From the human T2T-CHM13v2.0 reference genome, Homo sapiens, in the NCBI RefSeq assembly GCF_009914755.1, contig NC_060941.1: 64,000 nucleotides of DNA, one strand, 5' to 3'. Below, one piece after another: positions 41,701-54,848 of the stretch; position 1 is the stretch's first letter; every line of letters starts with the position of its first letter. The translations under genes were made by a program, and so were the position numbers. Under the pieces are notes generated by a model that saw only the letters and a list, made by a program, of their open reading frames with translations, searched no databases and had not been told where the DNA came from.

Positions 41701-44700
41701 ATCCATTGACCTGTAGTCCCCGTCACCCCATCTCCATTGACCTTTAGTCCCTGTGCCCCACCTCCATTGACCTGTAGTCCCTGTGCCCCCACCTCCATTG
41801 ACCTGTAGTCCCTGTGAATCCACCTCCACTGATGTGTAGACCCTGTGCCCCCACCTCCATTGACCTGTACTCCCTGTGACCCCACCTCCACTGACGTGTA
41901 GTCCCTGTGCCCCACCTCCATTGACCTGTAGTCCCTGTGCCTCCACCTCCATTAACCTGTAGTCCCTGTGACTCCACCTCCAGTGATTTGTAGTCCCTGT
42001 GCTCCACCTCCATTGACCTGTAGTCTCTCTGCACCCACCTCCATTGACCTGCAGTCCCTGTGCTCCACCTCCACTGACCTGTAGTCCCTGTGCCCCACCT
42101 CCATTGACCTGTAGTCCCTGTGCCCCACCTCCATTGACCTGTAGTCCCTGTGACTCCACCTCCAGTGATGTGTAGTCCCTGTGCTCCACCTCCATTGACC
42201 TGTAGTCCCTGTGCTCCACCTCCACTGACCTGTAGTCTCTGTGCTCCACCTCCATTGACCTGGAGTCTCTCTGCACCCACCTCCATTGTCCTGTAGTCCC
42301 TGTGACCCCACCTCCATTGACCTGTAGTCTCTGTGCTCCACCTCCATTGACCTGTAGTCTCTGTGCCCCACCTCCACTGACCTGTAGTCTCTGTGCTCCA
42401 CCTCCATTGACCTGCAGCCCCTGTGCTCCACCTCCACTGACCAGTAGTCCCTGTGCCAACTCCATTGACCTGTAGTCTCTGTGCTCCACCTCCATTGACC
42501 TGTAGTCCCTGTGCTCCACCTCCACTAACCTGCAGTCCTTGTGCCCCCACCTCCATTAACCTGTAGTCTCTGTGCCCCACCTCCATTCACCTGTAGTCCC
42601 TGTGCTCCACCTCCACTGACCTGCAGTCCCTGTGCCCCCACCTCCATTGACCTGTAGTCCCTGTGACTCCACCTCCATTGACCTCTAGTCTCTATGCTCC
42701 ACCTCCATTGACCTGTAGTCCCTGTGACCCCACCTCCATTGACCTGTAGTCCCTGTGAATCCACCTCCATTGACCTGTAGTCCCTGTGCTCCACCTCCAT
42801 TAACCTGTATTCCCTGTGACTCCACCTCCATTGACCTCTAGTCCCTGTGTCCCCACCTCCATTGACCAGTCTCTGTGCTCCCACCTACATTGACCTGTAG
42901 TCTCTGTGCTCCCACCTACATTGACCTGTAGTCCCTGTGACTCCACCTCCATTGACCTGTAGTCTCCGTGCTCCACCTCCATTGACCTGTAGTCCCTGTG
43001 TCCCCACCTCTATTGACCTGTAGTCTCTGTGACCCCACCTCCATTGACCTGTAGTCCCTGTGATTCCACCTACATTCACCTGTAGTCCCTGTGTCCCCAC
43101 CTCTATTGACCTGTAGTCTCTGTGCTCCCACCTGCATTGACCTGTAGTCTCTGTGACCCCACCTCCATTGACCTGTAGTCTCTGTGCTTCCACCTCCATT
43201 GCCCTGTAGTCCCTGTGACTCCCCCTCCATTGACCTGTAGTCCCTGTGCTCCCACCTCCATTGACCTGTAGTCCCTGTGCCCCACCTCCATTGACCTGTA
43301 GTCCCTGTGCCCCACCTCCATTGACATGTAGTCCCTGTGCCCCACCTCCATTGACCTGTAGTCCCTGTGCCCCACCTCCATTGACCTGTAGTCCCTGTAC
43401 TCCACCTCGACTGACCTGTAGTCCCTGTGCTCCACCTCCACTGACCTGTAGTCCCTGTGACCCCACCTCCATTGACCTGTAGTCTCTGTGCTCCACCTCC
43501 ATTGACCTGTAGTCCCTGTGCCCCACCTCCATTGACCTGCAGTCTCTGTGCTGCACCTCCATTGACCTGTAGTCCCTGTGCTCCACCTGCACTGACCTGC
43601 AGTCCCTGTGCCCCCACCTCCATTGACCTGTAGTCCCTGTGACTCCACCTCCATTGACCTGTAGTCCCTGTGACCCCACCGCCACTGACCTGTACTCCCT
43701 GTGACTCCACCTCCACTGACCTGTAGTCCCTGTGCCACACCTCCATTGACCTGTAGTCCCTGTGCCCCCACCTCCATTGACCTGTAGTCCCTGTGCCTCA
43801 CCTGCATTGACCTGTAGTCACTGTGCGTCCACCTCCATTGACCTGTAGTCCCTGTGACTCCACCTCCATTGACCTGTAGTCCCTGTGACCCCACCTCCAT
43901 TGACCTGTAATCCCTGTGCTCCCACCTCCATTGACCTGTAGTCCCTGTGCCCCACCTCCATTGACCTGTCGTCCCTGTGCTCCACCTCCACTGAACTGTA
44001 GTCCCTGTACTCCCCCTCCACTGACCTGTAGTACCTGTGCTCTACCTCCACTGACCTGTAGTTCTTGTGACCCCACCTCCATGGGCCGGTAGTCTCTGTG
44101 CTCCACCTCCATTGACCTGTAGTCCCTGTGACCCCACCTCCATTGACCTGTAGTCCCTGTGCCCCACCTCCATTGACCCGTAGTCTCTGTGCTCCACATC
44201 CATTGACCTGTAGTCCCTGTGACCCCATCTCTATTGACCTGTAGTCCCTGTGCCCCACCTCCAGTGACCTGTAGTCCCTGTGCCCCCACCTCCATTGAAC
44301 TGTAGTCCCTGTGCCCCCACCTCCATTGACCTGTAGTCCCTGTGACTCCATCTCCACTGACGTGTAGTCCCTGTGCCCCCACCTCCATTGATCTGTAGTC
44401 CCTGTGACCCCACCTCCACTGACGTGTAGTCCCTGTGCCCCACCTCCATTGACCTGTAGTCCCTGTGCCCCCACCACCATTGACCTGTAGTCCCTGTGAC
44501 TCCACATCCATTGACCTGTAGTCCCTGTGACTCCACCTCCATTGACCTGTAGTCTCTGTGCTTCCACCTCCATTGACCTTTAGTCCCTCTGACCCCACCT
44601 CCATTGACCTGTAGTCCCTGTACTCCACCTCCATTGTCCTGTAGTCCCTGTGCTCCACCTCCATTGACCTGTAGCCTCTGTGCTCCACCTCCATTGACCT

Positions 44701-47700
44701 GTAGTCCCTGTGCTCCACCTCCATTGATATGCAGTCCCAGTGCCCCCACCTCCATTGACCTGTAGTCCCTGTGCTCCACCTCCATTGATATGCAGTCCTT
44801 CTGACCCCACCTCCACTGCCCTGTAGTCTCTGTGCCCCACCTCCATTGACCTGTAGTCCCTGTGCTCCACCTCCACTGACGTGTAGTCCCTATGCTCCAC
44901 CTCCATTGACCTGTAGTCTCTGTGACCCCACCTCCATTGACCTGCAGACCCTGTGCTCCACCTCCATTGAGCAGTAGTCCCTGTGCCACCTCCATTGACC
45001 TGTAGTCTCTGTGCTCCACCTCCATTGACCTGTAGTCCCTGTGCTCCACCTCCACTAACCTGCAGTCCCTGTGCCCCCACCTCCATTGACCTGTAGTCTC
45101 TGTGCCCCACCTCCATTGACCTGTAGTCCCTGTGATCCACCTCCACTGACCTGTAGTCCCTGTGCCCCCACCTCCATTGACCTGTAGTCCCTGTGACTCC
45201 ACCTCCATTGACCTGTAGTCCCTGTGCTCCACCTCCATTGACCTGTAGTCCCTGTGACCCCACCTCCATTGTCCTGTAGTCCCTGTGACTCCACCTCCAT
45301 TGACCTGTAGTCCCTGTGCTCCACCTCCATTGACCTGTACTCCCTGTGACTCCACCTCCATTGACCTCTAGTCCCTGTGTCCCCACCTCCATTGACCTGT
45401 AGTCTCTGTGCTCCCACCTCCATTGACCTGTAGTCTCTGTGCTCCCACCTCCATTGACCTGTAGTCCCTGTGACTCCACCTCCTTTGACCTGTAGTCTCT
45501 GTGCTCCACCTCCATTGACCTGTAGTCCCTGTGTCCCCACCTCTATTGACCTGTAGTCTCTGTGCTCCCACCTCCATTGACCTGTAGTCTCTGTGTTCCA
45601 CCTCCATTGACCTGTAGTCTCTGTGACCCTACCTCCATTGACCTGTAGTCTCTGTGACCCCACCTCCATTGACCTGTAGTCCCTGTGACTCCACCTACAT
45701 TGACCTGTAGTCCCTGTGTCCCCACCTCTATTGACCTGTAGTCTCTGTGCTCCCACCTGCATTGACCTGTAGTCTCTGTGACCCCACCTCCATTGACCTG
45801 TAGTCCCTGTGCTCCACCTCCATTGACCTGTAGTCTCTGTGCTTCCACCTCCATTGACCTGTAGTCCCTGTGACTCCACCTCCATTGACCTGTAGTGCCT
45901 GTGACCCCACCTCCATTGACCTGTATTCCCTGTGCCCCACCTCCACTGACCTGTAGACCCTGTGACTCCACTTCCACTGACGTGTAGTCCCTGTGCCCCA
46001 CCTCCATTGACGTGTAGTCCCTGTACCCCCACCTTCATTCACCTGTAGTCCCTGTGCCCCCACCTCCATTAACCTGTAGTCCCTGTGCCCCCACCTCCAT
46101 TGACCTGTAGTCCCTGTGACCCACCTCCACTGACCTGTAGTCCCTGTGACTCCACCTCCACTGGCCTGTAGTCCCTGTGCCACACCTCCATTGACCTGTA
46201 GTCCCTGTGCCCCCACCTCCATTGACCTGTAGTCCCTGTGCCTCACCTCCATTGACCTGTAGTCCCTGTGCGCCCACCTCCATTGACCTGTAGTCCCTGT
46301 GACTCCACCTCCATTGACCTGTAGTCCCTGTGACCCCACCTCCATTGACCTGTAATCCCTGTGCTCCCACCTCCATTGACCTGTAGTCCCTGTGCCCCAC
46401 CTCCATTGACCTGTAGTCCCTGTGCTCCACCTCCACTGAACTGTAGTCCCTGTACTCCCCCTCCACTGACCTGTAGTACCTGTGCTCCACCTCCACTGAC
46501 CTGTAGTCCTTGTGACCCCACCTACATTGGCCTGTAGTCTCTGTGCTCCACCTCCATTGACCTGTAGTCCCTGTGACCCCACCTCCATTGACCTGTAGTC
46601 CCTGTGCCCCACCTCCATTGACCCGTAGTCTCTGTGCTCCACATCCATTGACCTGTAGTCCCTGTGACCCCATCTCTATTGACCTGTAGTCCCTGTGCCC
46701 CACCTCCATTGACCTGTAGTCCCTGTGCCCCCACCTCCATTGACCTGTAGTCCCTGTGCCCCCACCTCCATTGACCTGTAGTCCCTGTGACTCCGCCTCC
46801 ACTGACGTGTAGTCCCTGTGCCCGCACCTCCACTGACCTGTAGTCCCTGTGACCCCACCTCCACTGACGTGTAGTCCCTGTGCCCCACCTCCATTGACCT
46901 GTAGTCCCTGTGCCCCCACCTCCATTGACCTGTAGTCCCTGTGACTCCACCTCCATTGACCTGTAGTCCCTGTGACTCCACCTCCATTGACCTGTAGTCT
47001 CTGTGACTCCACCTCCATTGACCTTTAGTCCCTGTGACTCCACCTCCATTGACCTGTAGTCCCTGTGACCCCACCTCCATTGACCTGTAGTCCCTGTGCC
47101 CCACCTCGATTGACCTGTAGTCCCTGTGCCCCACCTCCATTGACCTGTAGCCCCTGTGCCCCATCTCCACTGACCTGTAGTCCCTGTGCCCCACCTCCAC
47201 TGACCTGTAGTCCCTGTGCTCCACCTCCACTGAACTGTAGTCCCTGTAGTCCACCTCCACTGACCTGTAGTCCCTGTGCTCCACCTCCACTGACCTGTAG
47301 TCCCTGTGACCCCACCTCCACTGACCTGTAGTCCCTGTGCCCCACCTCCACTGGCCTGTAGTCCCTGTGCCCCACTTCCACTGACCTGTTGTCTCTGTGC
47401 TCCACCTCCACTGACCTGTAGTCCCTGTGCCCCACCTCCACTGACGTGTAGTCCCTGTGCTCCACCTCCACTGACCTGTAGTCCCTGTGCTCCACCTCCA
47501 CTGACCTGCAGTCCCTGTGCCCCCACCTCCATTGACCTGTAGTCCCTGTGCCCCACCTCCATTGACCCGTAGTCTCTGTGCTCCACATCCATTGACCTGT
47601 AGTCCCTGTGACCCCATCTCTATTGACCTGTAGTCCCTGTGCCCCACCTCCATTGACCTGTAGTCCCTGTGACTCCACCTCCATTGACCTGTAGTCCCTG

Positions 47701-50700
47701 TGACTCCACCTCCATTGACCTGTAGTCTCTGTGACTCCACCTCCATTGACCTTTAGTCCCTGTGACTCCACCTCCATTGATTTGTAGTCCCTGTGACCCC
47801 ACCTCCATTGACCTGTAGTCCCTGTGCCCCACCTCCATTGACCTGTAGTCCCTGTGCCCCACCTCCATTGACCTGTAGCCCCTGTGCCCCACCTCCATTG
47901 ACCTGTAGTCCCTGTGCCCCACCTCCACTGACATGTAGTCCCTGTGCTCCACCTCCACTGACCTGTAGTCCCTGTGACCCCACCTCCACTGACCTGTAGT
48001 CCCTGTGCTCCACCTCCACTGGCCTGTAGTCCCTGTGCCCCACCTCCACTGACCTGTTGTCTCTGTGCTCCACCTCCACTGACCTGTAGTCCCTGTGCCC
48101 CACCTCCACTGACCTGTAGTCCCTGTGCTCCACCTCCACTGACCTGTAGTCCCTGTGCTCCACCTCCACTGACCTGCAGTCCCTGTGCCCCCACCTCCAT
48201 TGACCTGTAATCCCTGTGACTCCACCTCCATTGACCTTTAGTCCCTGTGCTCCACCTCCACTGACCTGTAGTCCCTGTGCTCCACCTCCACTGACCTGTA
48301 GTCCCTGTGACTCCACCTCCACTGACCTGTGGTCCCTGTGCCCCACCTCCATTGACCTGTAGTCCCTGTGCCCCCACCTTCATTCACCTGTAGTCCCTGT
48401 GCCCCCACCTCCATTCACCTGTAGTCCCTGTGCTCCACCTCCAGTGACCTGTAGTCTCTGTGCCCCCACCTTCATTCACCTGTAGTCCCTGTGCCCCCAC
48501 CTCCATTGACCTGTAGTCCCTGTGCCCCCACCTCCAGTGACCTGTAGTCCCTGTGACCCCACCTCCACTGACCTGTAGTCCCTGTGACTCCACTTCCACT
48601 GACCTGTAGTCCCTATGCCCCACCTCCATTGACCTGTAGTCCCTGTGCCCCCACCTCCATTGACCTGTAGTCCCTGTGCCTCACCTCCATTGACCTGTAG
48701 TCCCTGTGCTCCCACCTCCATTGACCTGTAGTCCCTGTGACTCCACCTCCATTGACCTGTAGTCCCTGTGCTCCCACCTCCATTGACCTGTAGTCCCTGT
48801 GCCCCACCTCCATTGACCTGTAGTCCCTGTGCTCCACCTCCACTGAACTCTAGTCCCTGTACTCCACCTCCACTGACCTGTAGTCCCTGTGCTCCACCTC
48901 CACTGACCTGTAGTCCCTGTGACCCCACCTCCATTGACCTGTAGTCCTTGTGCCCCACCTCTATTGACCCGTAGTCTCTGTGCTCCACATCCATTGACCT
49001 TTAGTCCCCGTGACCCCATCTCTATTGACCTGTAGTCCCTGTGCCCCACCTCCATTGACCTGTAGTCCCTGTGCCCCCACCTCCATTGACCTGTAGTCCC
49101 TGTGCCCCCACCTCCATTGACCTGTAGTCCCTGTGACTCCACCTCCACTGATGTGTAGTCCCTGTGCCCCCACCTCCATTGACCTGTAGTCCCTGTGACC
49201 CCACCTCCACTGACGTGTAGTCCCTGTGCCCCACCTCCATTGACCTGTAGTCCCTGTGCCCCCACCTCCATTGACCTGTAGTCCCTGTGACTCCACCTCC
49301 AGTGATGTGTAGTCCCTGTGCTCCACCTCCATTGACCTGTAGTCTCTCTGCACCCACCTCCATTGACCTGCAGTCCCTGTGCTCCACCTCCATTGACCTG
49401 TAGTCCCTGTGCTCCACCTCCACTGACCTGTAGTTCCTGTGCCCCACCTCCATTGACCTGTAGTCCCTGTGCCCCCACCTCCATTGACCTGTAGTCCCTG
49501 TGACTCCATCTCCAGTGATGCGTAGTCTCTGTGCTCCACCTCCATTGACCTGTAGTCCCTGTGCTCCACCTCCACTGACCTGTAGTCTCTGTGCTCCACC
49601 TCCATTGACCTGTAGTCTCTCTGCACCCACCTCCATTGTCCTGTAGTCCCTGTGACCCCACCTCCATTGACCTGTAGTCTCTGTGCTCCACCTCCACTGA
49701 CCTGTAGTCTCTGTGCCCCACCTCCACTGACCTGTAGTCTCTGTGCTCCACCTCCAGTGACCTGTAGTCCCTGTGACTCCACCTCCACTGACATGTAGTC
49801 CCTGTGCCCCACCTCCATTGACCTGTAGTCCCTGTGCTCCACTTCCATTGACTTGTAGTCCCTGTACTCCACCTCCATTGACCTGCAGTGCCTGTGCTCC
49901 ACCTCCATTGACCTGCAGTCCCTGTGCCCCACCTCCATTGACCTGTAGTCTCTGTGCCCCACCTCCATTGACCTGTAGTCCATGTGCCCCACCTCCATTG
50001 ACCTGAAGTCCCTGTGCCCCCACCTCCATTGACCTGTAGTCCCTGTGCCCCCACCTCCATTGACCTGTAGTCCCTGTGACTCCACCTCCAGTGATGTGTA
50101 GTCCCTGTGCTCCACCTCCATTGACCTGTAGTCCCTGTGCTCCACCTCCACTGACCTGTAGTCTCTGTGCTCCACCTCCATTGACCTGTAGTCTCTCTAC
50201 ACCCACCTCCATTGACCTGTAGTCCCTGTGACCCCACCTCCATTGACCTGTAGTCTCTGTGCTCCACCTCCACTGACCTGTAGTCTCTGTGCCCCACCTC
50301 CACTGACCTGTAGTCTCTGTGCTCCACCTCCAGTGACCTGTAGTCCCTGTGACTCCACCTCCACTGACGTGTAGTCCCTGTGCCCCACCTCCATTGACCT
50401 TTAGTCCCTGTGCTCCACCTCCATTGACCTGTAGTCCCTGTACTCCACCTCCATTGACCTGCAGTGCCTGTGCTCCACCTCCATTGACCTGCAGTCCCTG
50501 TGCCCCACCTCCATTGACCTGTAGTCTCTCTGTCCCACCTCCATTGACCTTTAGTCCATGTGCCCCACCTCCATTGACCTGAAGTCCCTGTGCCCCCACC
50601 TCCATTGACCTGTAGTCCCTGTGGCCCCACGTCCATTGACTTGTAGTCTCTGTGCTCCACACCTCCATTGACCTGCAGTGCCTGTGCTCCACCTCCATTG

Positions 50701-51020
50701 ACCTGCAGTCCCTGTGCCCCACCTCCATTGACCTGTAGTCTCTCTGTCCCACCTCCATTGACCTTTAGTCCATGTGCCCCACCTCCATTGACCTGAAGTC
50801 CCTGTGCCCCCACCTCCATTGACCTGTAGTCCCTGTGGCCCCACGTCCATTGACTTGTAGTCTCTGTGCTCCACACCTCCATTGACCTGTAGTCCATGTG
50901 CCCCCACCTCCATTGACCTGTAGTTTCTGTGCTCCACACCTCCATTGACCTGTAGTCCCTGTGCCCCCACCTCCATTGACCTGAAGTCCCTGTGCCCCCA
51001 CCTCCACTGACCTGTAGTCC
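38716..51020. repeat. Giant 30/31-bp VNTR, 12.3 kb, roughly 400 copies (CCACCTCCATTGACCTGTAGTCCCTGTGCT)
   Basis: Continuous array with no inserted foreign sequence and many variant units; the source of all 38.7-51 kb ORFs. Confidence 0.99.
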
Positions 51021-51518
51021 AGGGCCTTGGCAAGGCTGAAGGAGGAGCCCGCACAGTCTAACACCCAGGCCCCCATCTCCCCTCCAGTATTTTTGGGCCA
51101 GTTAATCCACCTTCCTCAGCCCAGTTTTCCCTTACCACATATGACAAAAGCAGGAAAAGAAATGAGGTAGCTGAAGTCCTGGCTTTCCTGCTTACTAATT
51201 GGGCAGGTTAACTTCACTGTACCTTTGGTTTTCTCATCCAGCTTTTGAATGCCCCTGAAAATGCCCTCAAGTTTGCCAGTGGCCTGCATGTTCCACATCC
51301 ACATTTATTTCTTTTGACTTCTCCATCTTTCCCGGTTCTCTCAACAGTTCACACCCCACCCCACCCCACCCCATCCTCCATCCTCCACCCTCCACCCTCT
51401 GTTGTTTCTTCCCAGGGTTTATTATTTCCTGACATCATCTTGTTTATTTGATCATTACTTGTTTTTTAGTTCCCTTGCCCAATATCATCTCAAGAAAATT
51501 CCTTCTCTGTCTTCTTCA

Positions 51519-51833
<315 letters not shown>

Positions 51834-52871
51834 TGGGGGTGGAAAAAAGCATGACTAGCACATGGAAGTTACTTGAGGATGGGTTCCAGCAAAACTAAGG
51901 TGAAAACAAAAAAGAGGAAGACATGGTGTCTTGAGATCAGTGTTTCTCACCTAGGAGGGCAGCAAAGGGAAATCCCGTTATAATAGCTGTGCAGCTACCA
52001 ACCTAGGAGGAGCAGGAGTAAGAATCTAGAAGGGTTTATGCCAGGAAAAAAAAAATAGCCTCCATATGATAGTATAATTAAGATGCTAACTATCTTGAGG
52101 ATTAGAAGGCATATTATTCTCCCAGAAATAAGAAAACGAAAGGCAAGTCGAAACTCCAGAAAAACTAAAAGCTATATTTAAAAAGTCCTAGACTCAATGC
52201 GAAACAATTTAATATGTGGCACAATTTAGTATAAGAAGAAAATCAATTTGATCTCCCTGCAAAGATCATTCTTCTTTGAGTAACCAGGGATCAAGAGAAG
52301 CAGGACCAATGGAACAGAAAGTGTAATCCCAGCATACTGCTTGGACTTCAGGAAGATAGGATTTAACTAATAACAACTAAAAACATTTTTTCCTTGTTGC
52401 CTTCATATATTCTGGAGATGATAACATTTATTGAGTGCCTATGTACCAGGCAAGGTTTTAAGAGTTTTGCGTTGAAGAATATTTAATCCTCATAGCATGG
52501 TGAGGTACATGGTATCACGACCACATATTACAGACAAGGAACATCAGGTGTGAGATATTAAACAAGTTTTCTGAGGTCATAGCAGAAGAGCTAGATTCAC
52601 AGCCTGACTTCTAACACCAGCTCTGGGTCTCGTGGCTCGGGTGTGAATCTACCAGAAGGGCTAGAAGATGCCTCCAAGCTGAGACGCAGAGCTGGCCCTA
52701 GACATCAGTCCATTTGGTTTTTAAGTCTTAGTGCTTCTTGCCAAGATGCAGAGGATACCACATGCCCAACGCAGACATACACACTCCTGGGAGCCAGGAT
52801 GCAAAGCCACAGCGCAGCGGGGCTGGTCCAGGCTGGGAAGCCAGAATGACAGGGCCAGAGCAGGGTCTTAC

Positions 52872-53001
52872 CTTCCTGCAGTCTTTGCAGAACACCGACG
52901 AGCTGCCCAGGAAGCCCAGCACCTCCCCGCAGAGCAGACACTGGGACAGGCCGTTCCCCATCACATTCCGCCTCATGGTCTCCAGCCGCTCCACCAGCCG
53001 C
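52872..53001 (-). CDS. RPH3AL: RPH3AL coding exon 3 (130 nt): [43 protein letters not shown], first half of the FYVE-type zinc finger
   Basis: Partly visible in ORF 52728..52994. Two CxxC motifs. Acceptor gtgtcctgtgctgcag; donor AAG|GTAAGA. Frame continues from the previous exon (GG|G = Gly). Confidence 0.97.
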
Positions 53002-53344
53002 CTGCAGCACAGGACACAGAGTCAGAGGGACTGTGCTTCCTGCCTGGGCACAGTTGCACTGAGGCCCGAAACCGTACCATGCCACATGTGCTGTCCCCTC
53101 ACCTGGGATATTGTTCCTTGCCCCGCCCTTCCCCTGGATAACAGCGAATCCTTCATTCACTCACCAACTATTCAGTGAGCACCTATGATTCATCAGACAC
53201 TGGGAATACTGTAGCAAACAAGCCAGAGACAGACATGGTCCCTGTTCTCATGGAACTTACCTTCAATAAGGAAGAAAATTCATAAGCAAGAAAACAAGCG
53301 AACTGGTTTCAGATAGAGAGCAGCGCTATGAAATGGAAATAGTG

Positions 53345-53823
53345 GGGGGAGGGAGGGGGAGGGAGATTGAGGGGAGGGAGGGGGAGGGAGACTGAGGGGA
53401 GGGAGGGGGAGGGAGATTGAGGGGAGGGAGGGGGAGGGAGACTGAGGAGAGGGAGGGGGAGGGAGACTGAGGGGATGGAGGGGGAGGGAGACTGAGGGGA
53501 GGGAGGGGGAGGGAGACTGAGGGGAGGGAGGGGGAGGGAGACTGAGGGGAGGGAGGGGGAGGGAGACTGAGGGGAGGGAGGGGGAGGGACATTGAGGGGA
53601 GGGAGGGGGAGGGACATTGAGGGGAGGGAGGGGGAGGGACATTGAGGGGAGGGAGGGGGAGGGACATTGAGGGGAGAGAGGGGGAGGGACATTGAGGGGA
53701 GGGAGGGGGAGGGACATTGAGGGGAGGGAGGGGGAGGGACATTGAGGGGAGGGAGGGGGAGGGACATTGAGGGGAGGGAGGGGGAGGGACATTGAGGGGA
53801 GGGAGGGGGAGGGACATTGAGGG
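53345..53823. repeat. 25-bp polypurine VNTR, about 19 copies (GGGGAGGGAGGGGGAGGGAGACTGA / ..GACATTGA)
   Basis: Period of 25 measured (53521 to 53546); four G-tracts per unit. Confidence 0.97.
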
Positions 53824-53930
53824 ACAGGGGCATGTTCCATGGGACCAGCGAAGGCTCTCGGAGAACACGTGGACTCACAGCTGAAGAATGAGCCATGCCA
53901 TCTGGCCTGTCTTTCCCACTGTAAAGATAA

Positions 53931-54244
53931 GGCCGGGCAGGGTGGCTCATGCCTGACATCCCAGCCCTTTGTGAGGCTGAGGCAGGCGGATCGCTTGAGC
54001 CCAGAAGTTCGAGAGCAGCCTGGGTAACATAGTGAGACCCCATCTCTACAAAAAAAATAAAATAAAAAATAGCTGGGTGTGGTGGTGCCCACGCACGGTC
54101 CTAGCTACTTAAGGCTGAGGTGGGGAGGTCGCTTGAGCCCAGGAAGTTGAGGCTGCAGTGATCTGTGATAGCACCACTGCATTCTAATCTACACTGCAGA
54201 GTGAGACCCTGTCCCCCCCAAAAAAAAAAGAAAAGGAAAAGAAA
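53931..54244 (+). mobile_element. Alu (J-like)
   Basis: Dimer with A tail. Confidence 0.9.
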
Positions 54245-54848
54245 GATCAAAGATACATAGGAGGCCAGAATGAAATCAATTCCTGCCCAGTGCATTTGTG
54301 TCTTCCTACTTGTGCTTTTCTGTGTTTTTCAGATTTTCTAGGAAATATGAATTGCTTTCGTAATTAAACACTGGACACGATGGAAGTGCTGGAAGACTGA
54401 GCTGTGGTCGGCGCTGGAGGCGGAGGCCAGGAGAGGCACGTAGAGCCAGGCGGGGAGCGGCTCCTGCTGGAGCCTTTCAGGGGCGACCTGTGGCTTGGCC
54501 TCCACCTGAACCCCTCCCTTGGCTGAACCACAGCTGACCTGCAGGTGTGCACAGCCGAACAGCTCCTGGGAGGCTTCACCAGGCTCATTCACGCCCTCAG
54601 CATGGGGCGCACAGCTCAGCTAGCAGCCCCGTCTCACAGAGGGGTGTCCTGAGGCCTCAGCGGGCTGGGTTACACTCCCAGAGTTCAGACAGAGCACCCT
54701 TCAGCAAGGGCTGGAGTCAGGGACCTCCTCACCCACTCCCAGAGGTAAATAGCAAAACCAGGACCCGGAGTGCCGGCCTCCCAGTCCCCTGCGCTTGCGC
54801 CAAAGCCCTTGCTGTCCTCCCACTGAGCTGGCCCCGGCCCCGCCTCAC

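Noticed and set aside
38716-51020. Alu origin of the 30-mer because it contains CCTGTAGTCCC
   Set aside because: Only 11 bp are shared, the rest of the unit is not Alu-like and no Alu abuts the array; insufficient evidence.
38682-51076. ORFs of up to 840 aa with GGGAQGLQVN / EVEHRDYRSM repeats as a novel repetitive protein gene
   Set aside because: They overlap in all three frames and switch frame at each 31-bp unit. They have no unique domain or exon structure and are a by-product of a stop-free 30-mer.
52728-52871. Continuation of ORF 52728..52994 ([10 protein letters not shown]...) as coding
   Set aside because: It runs past a strong AAG|GTAAGA donor; the zinc finger is completed by the exon at 7554-7468.
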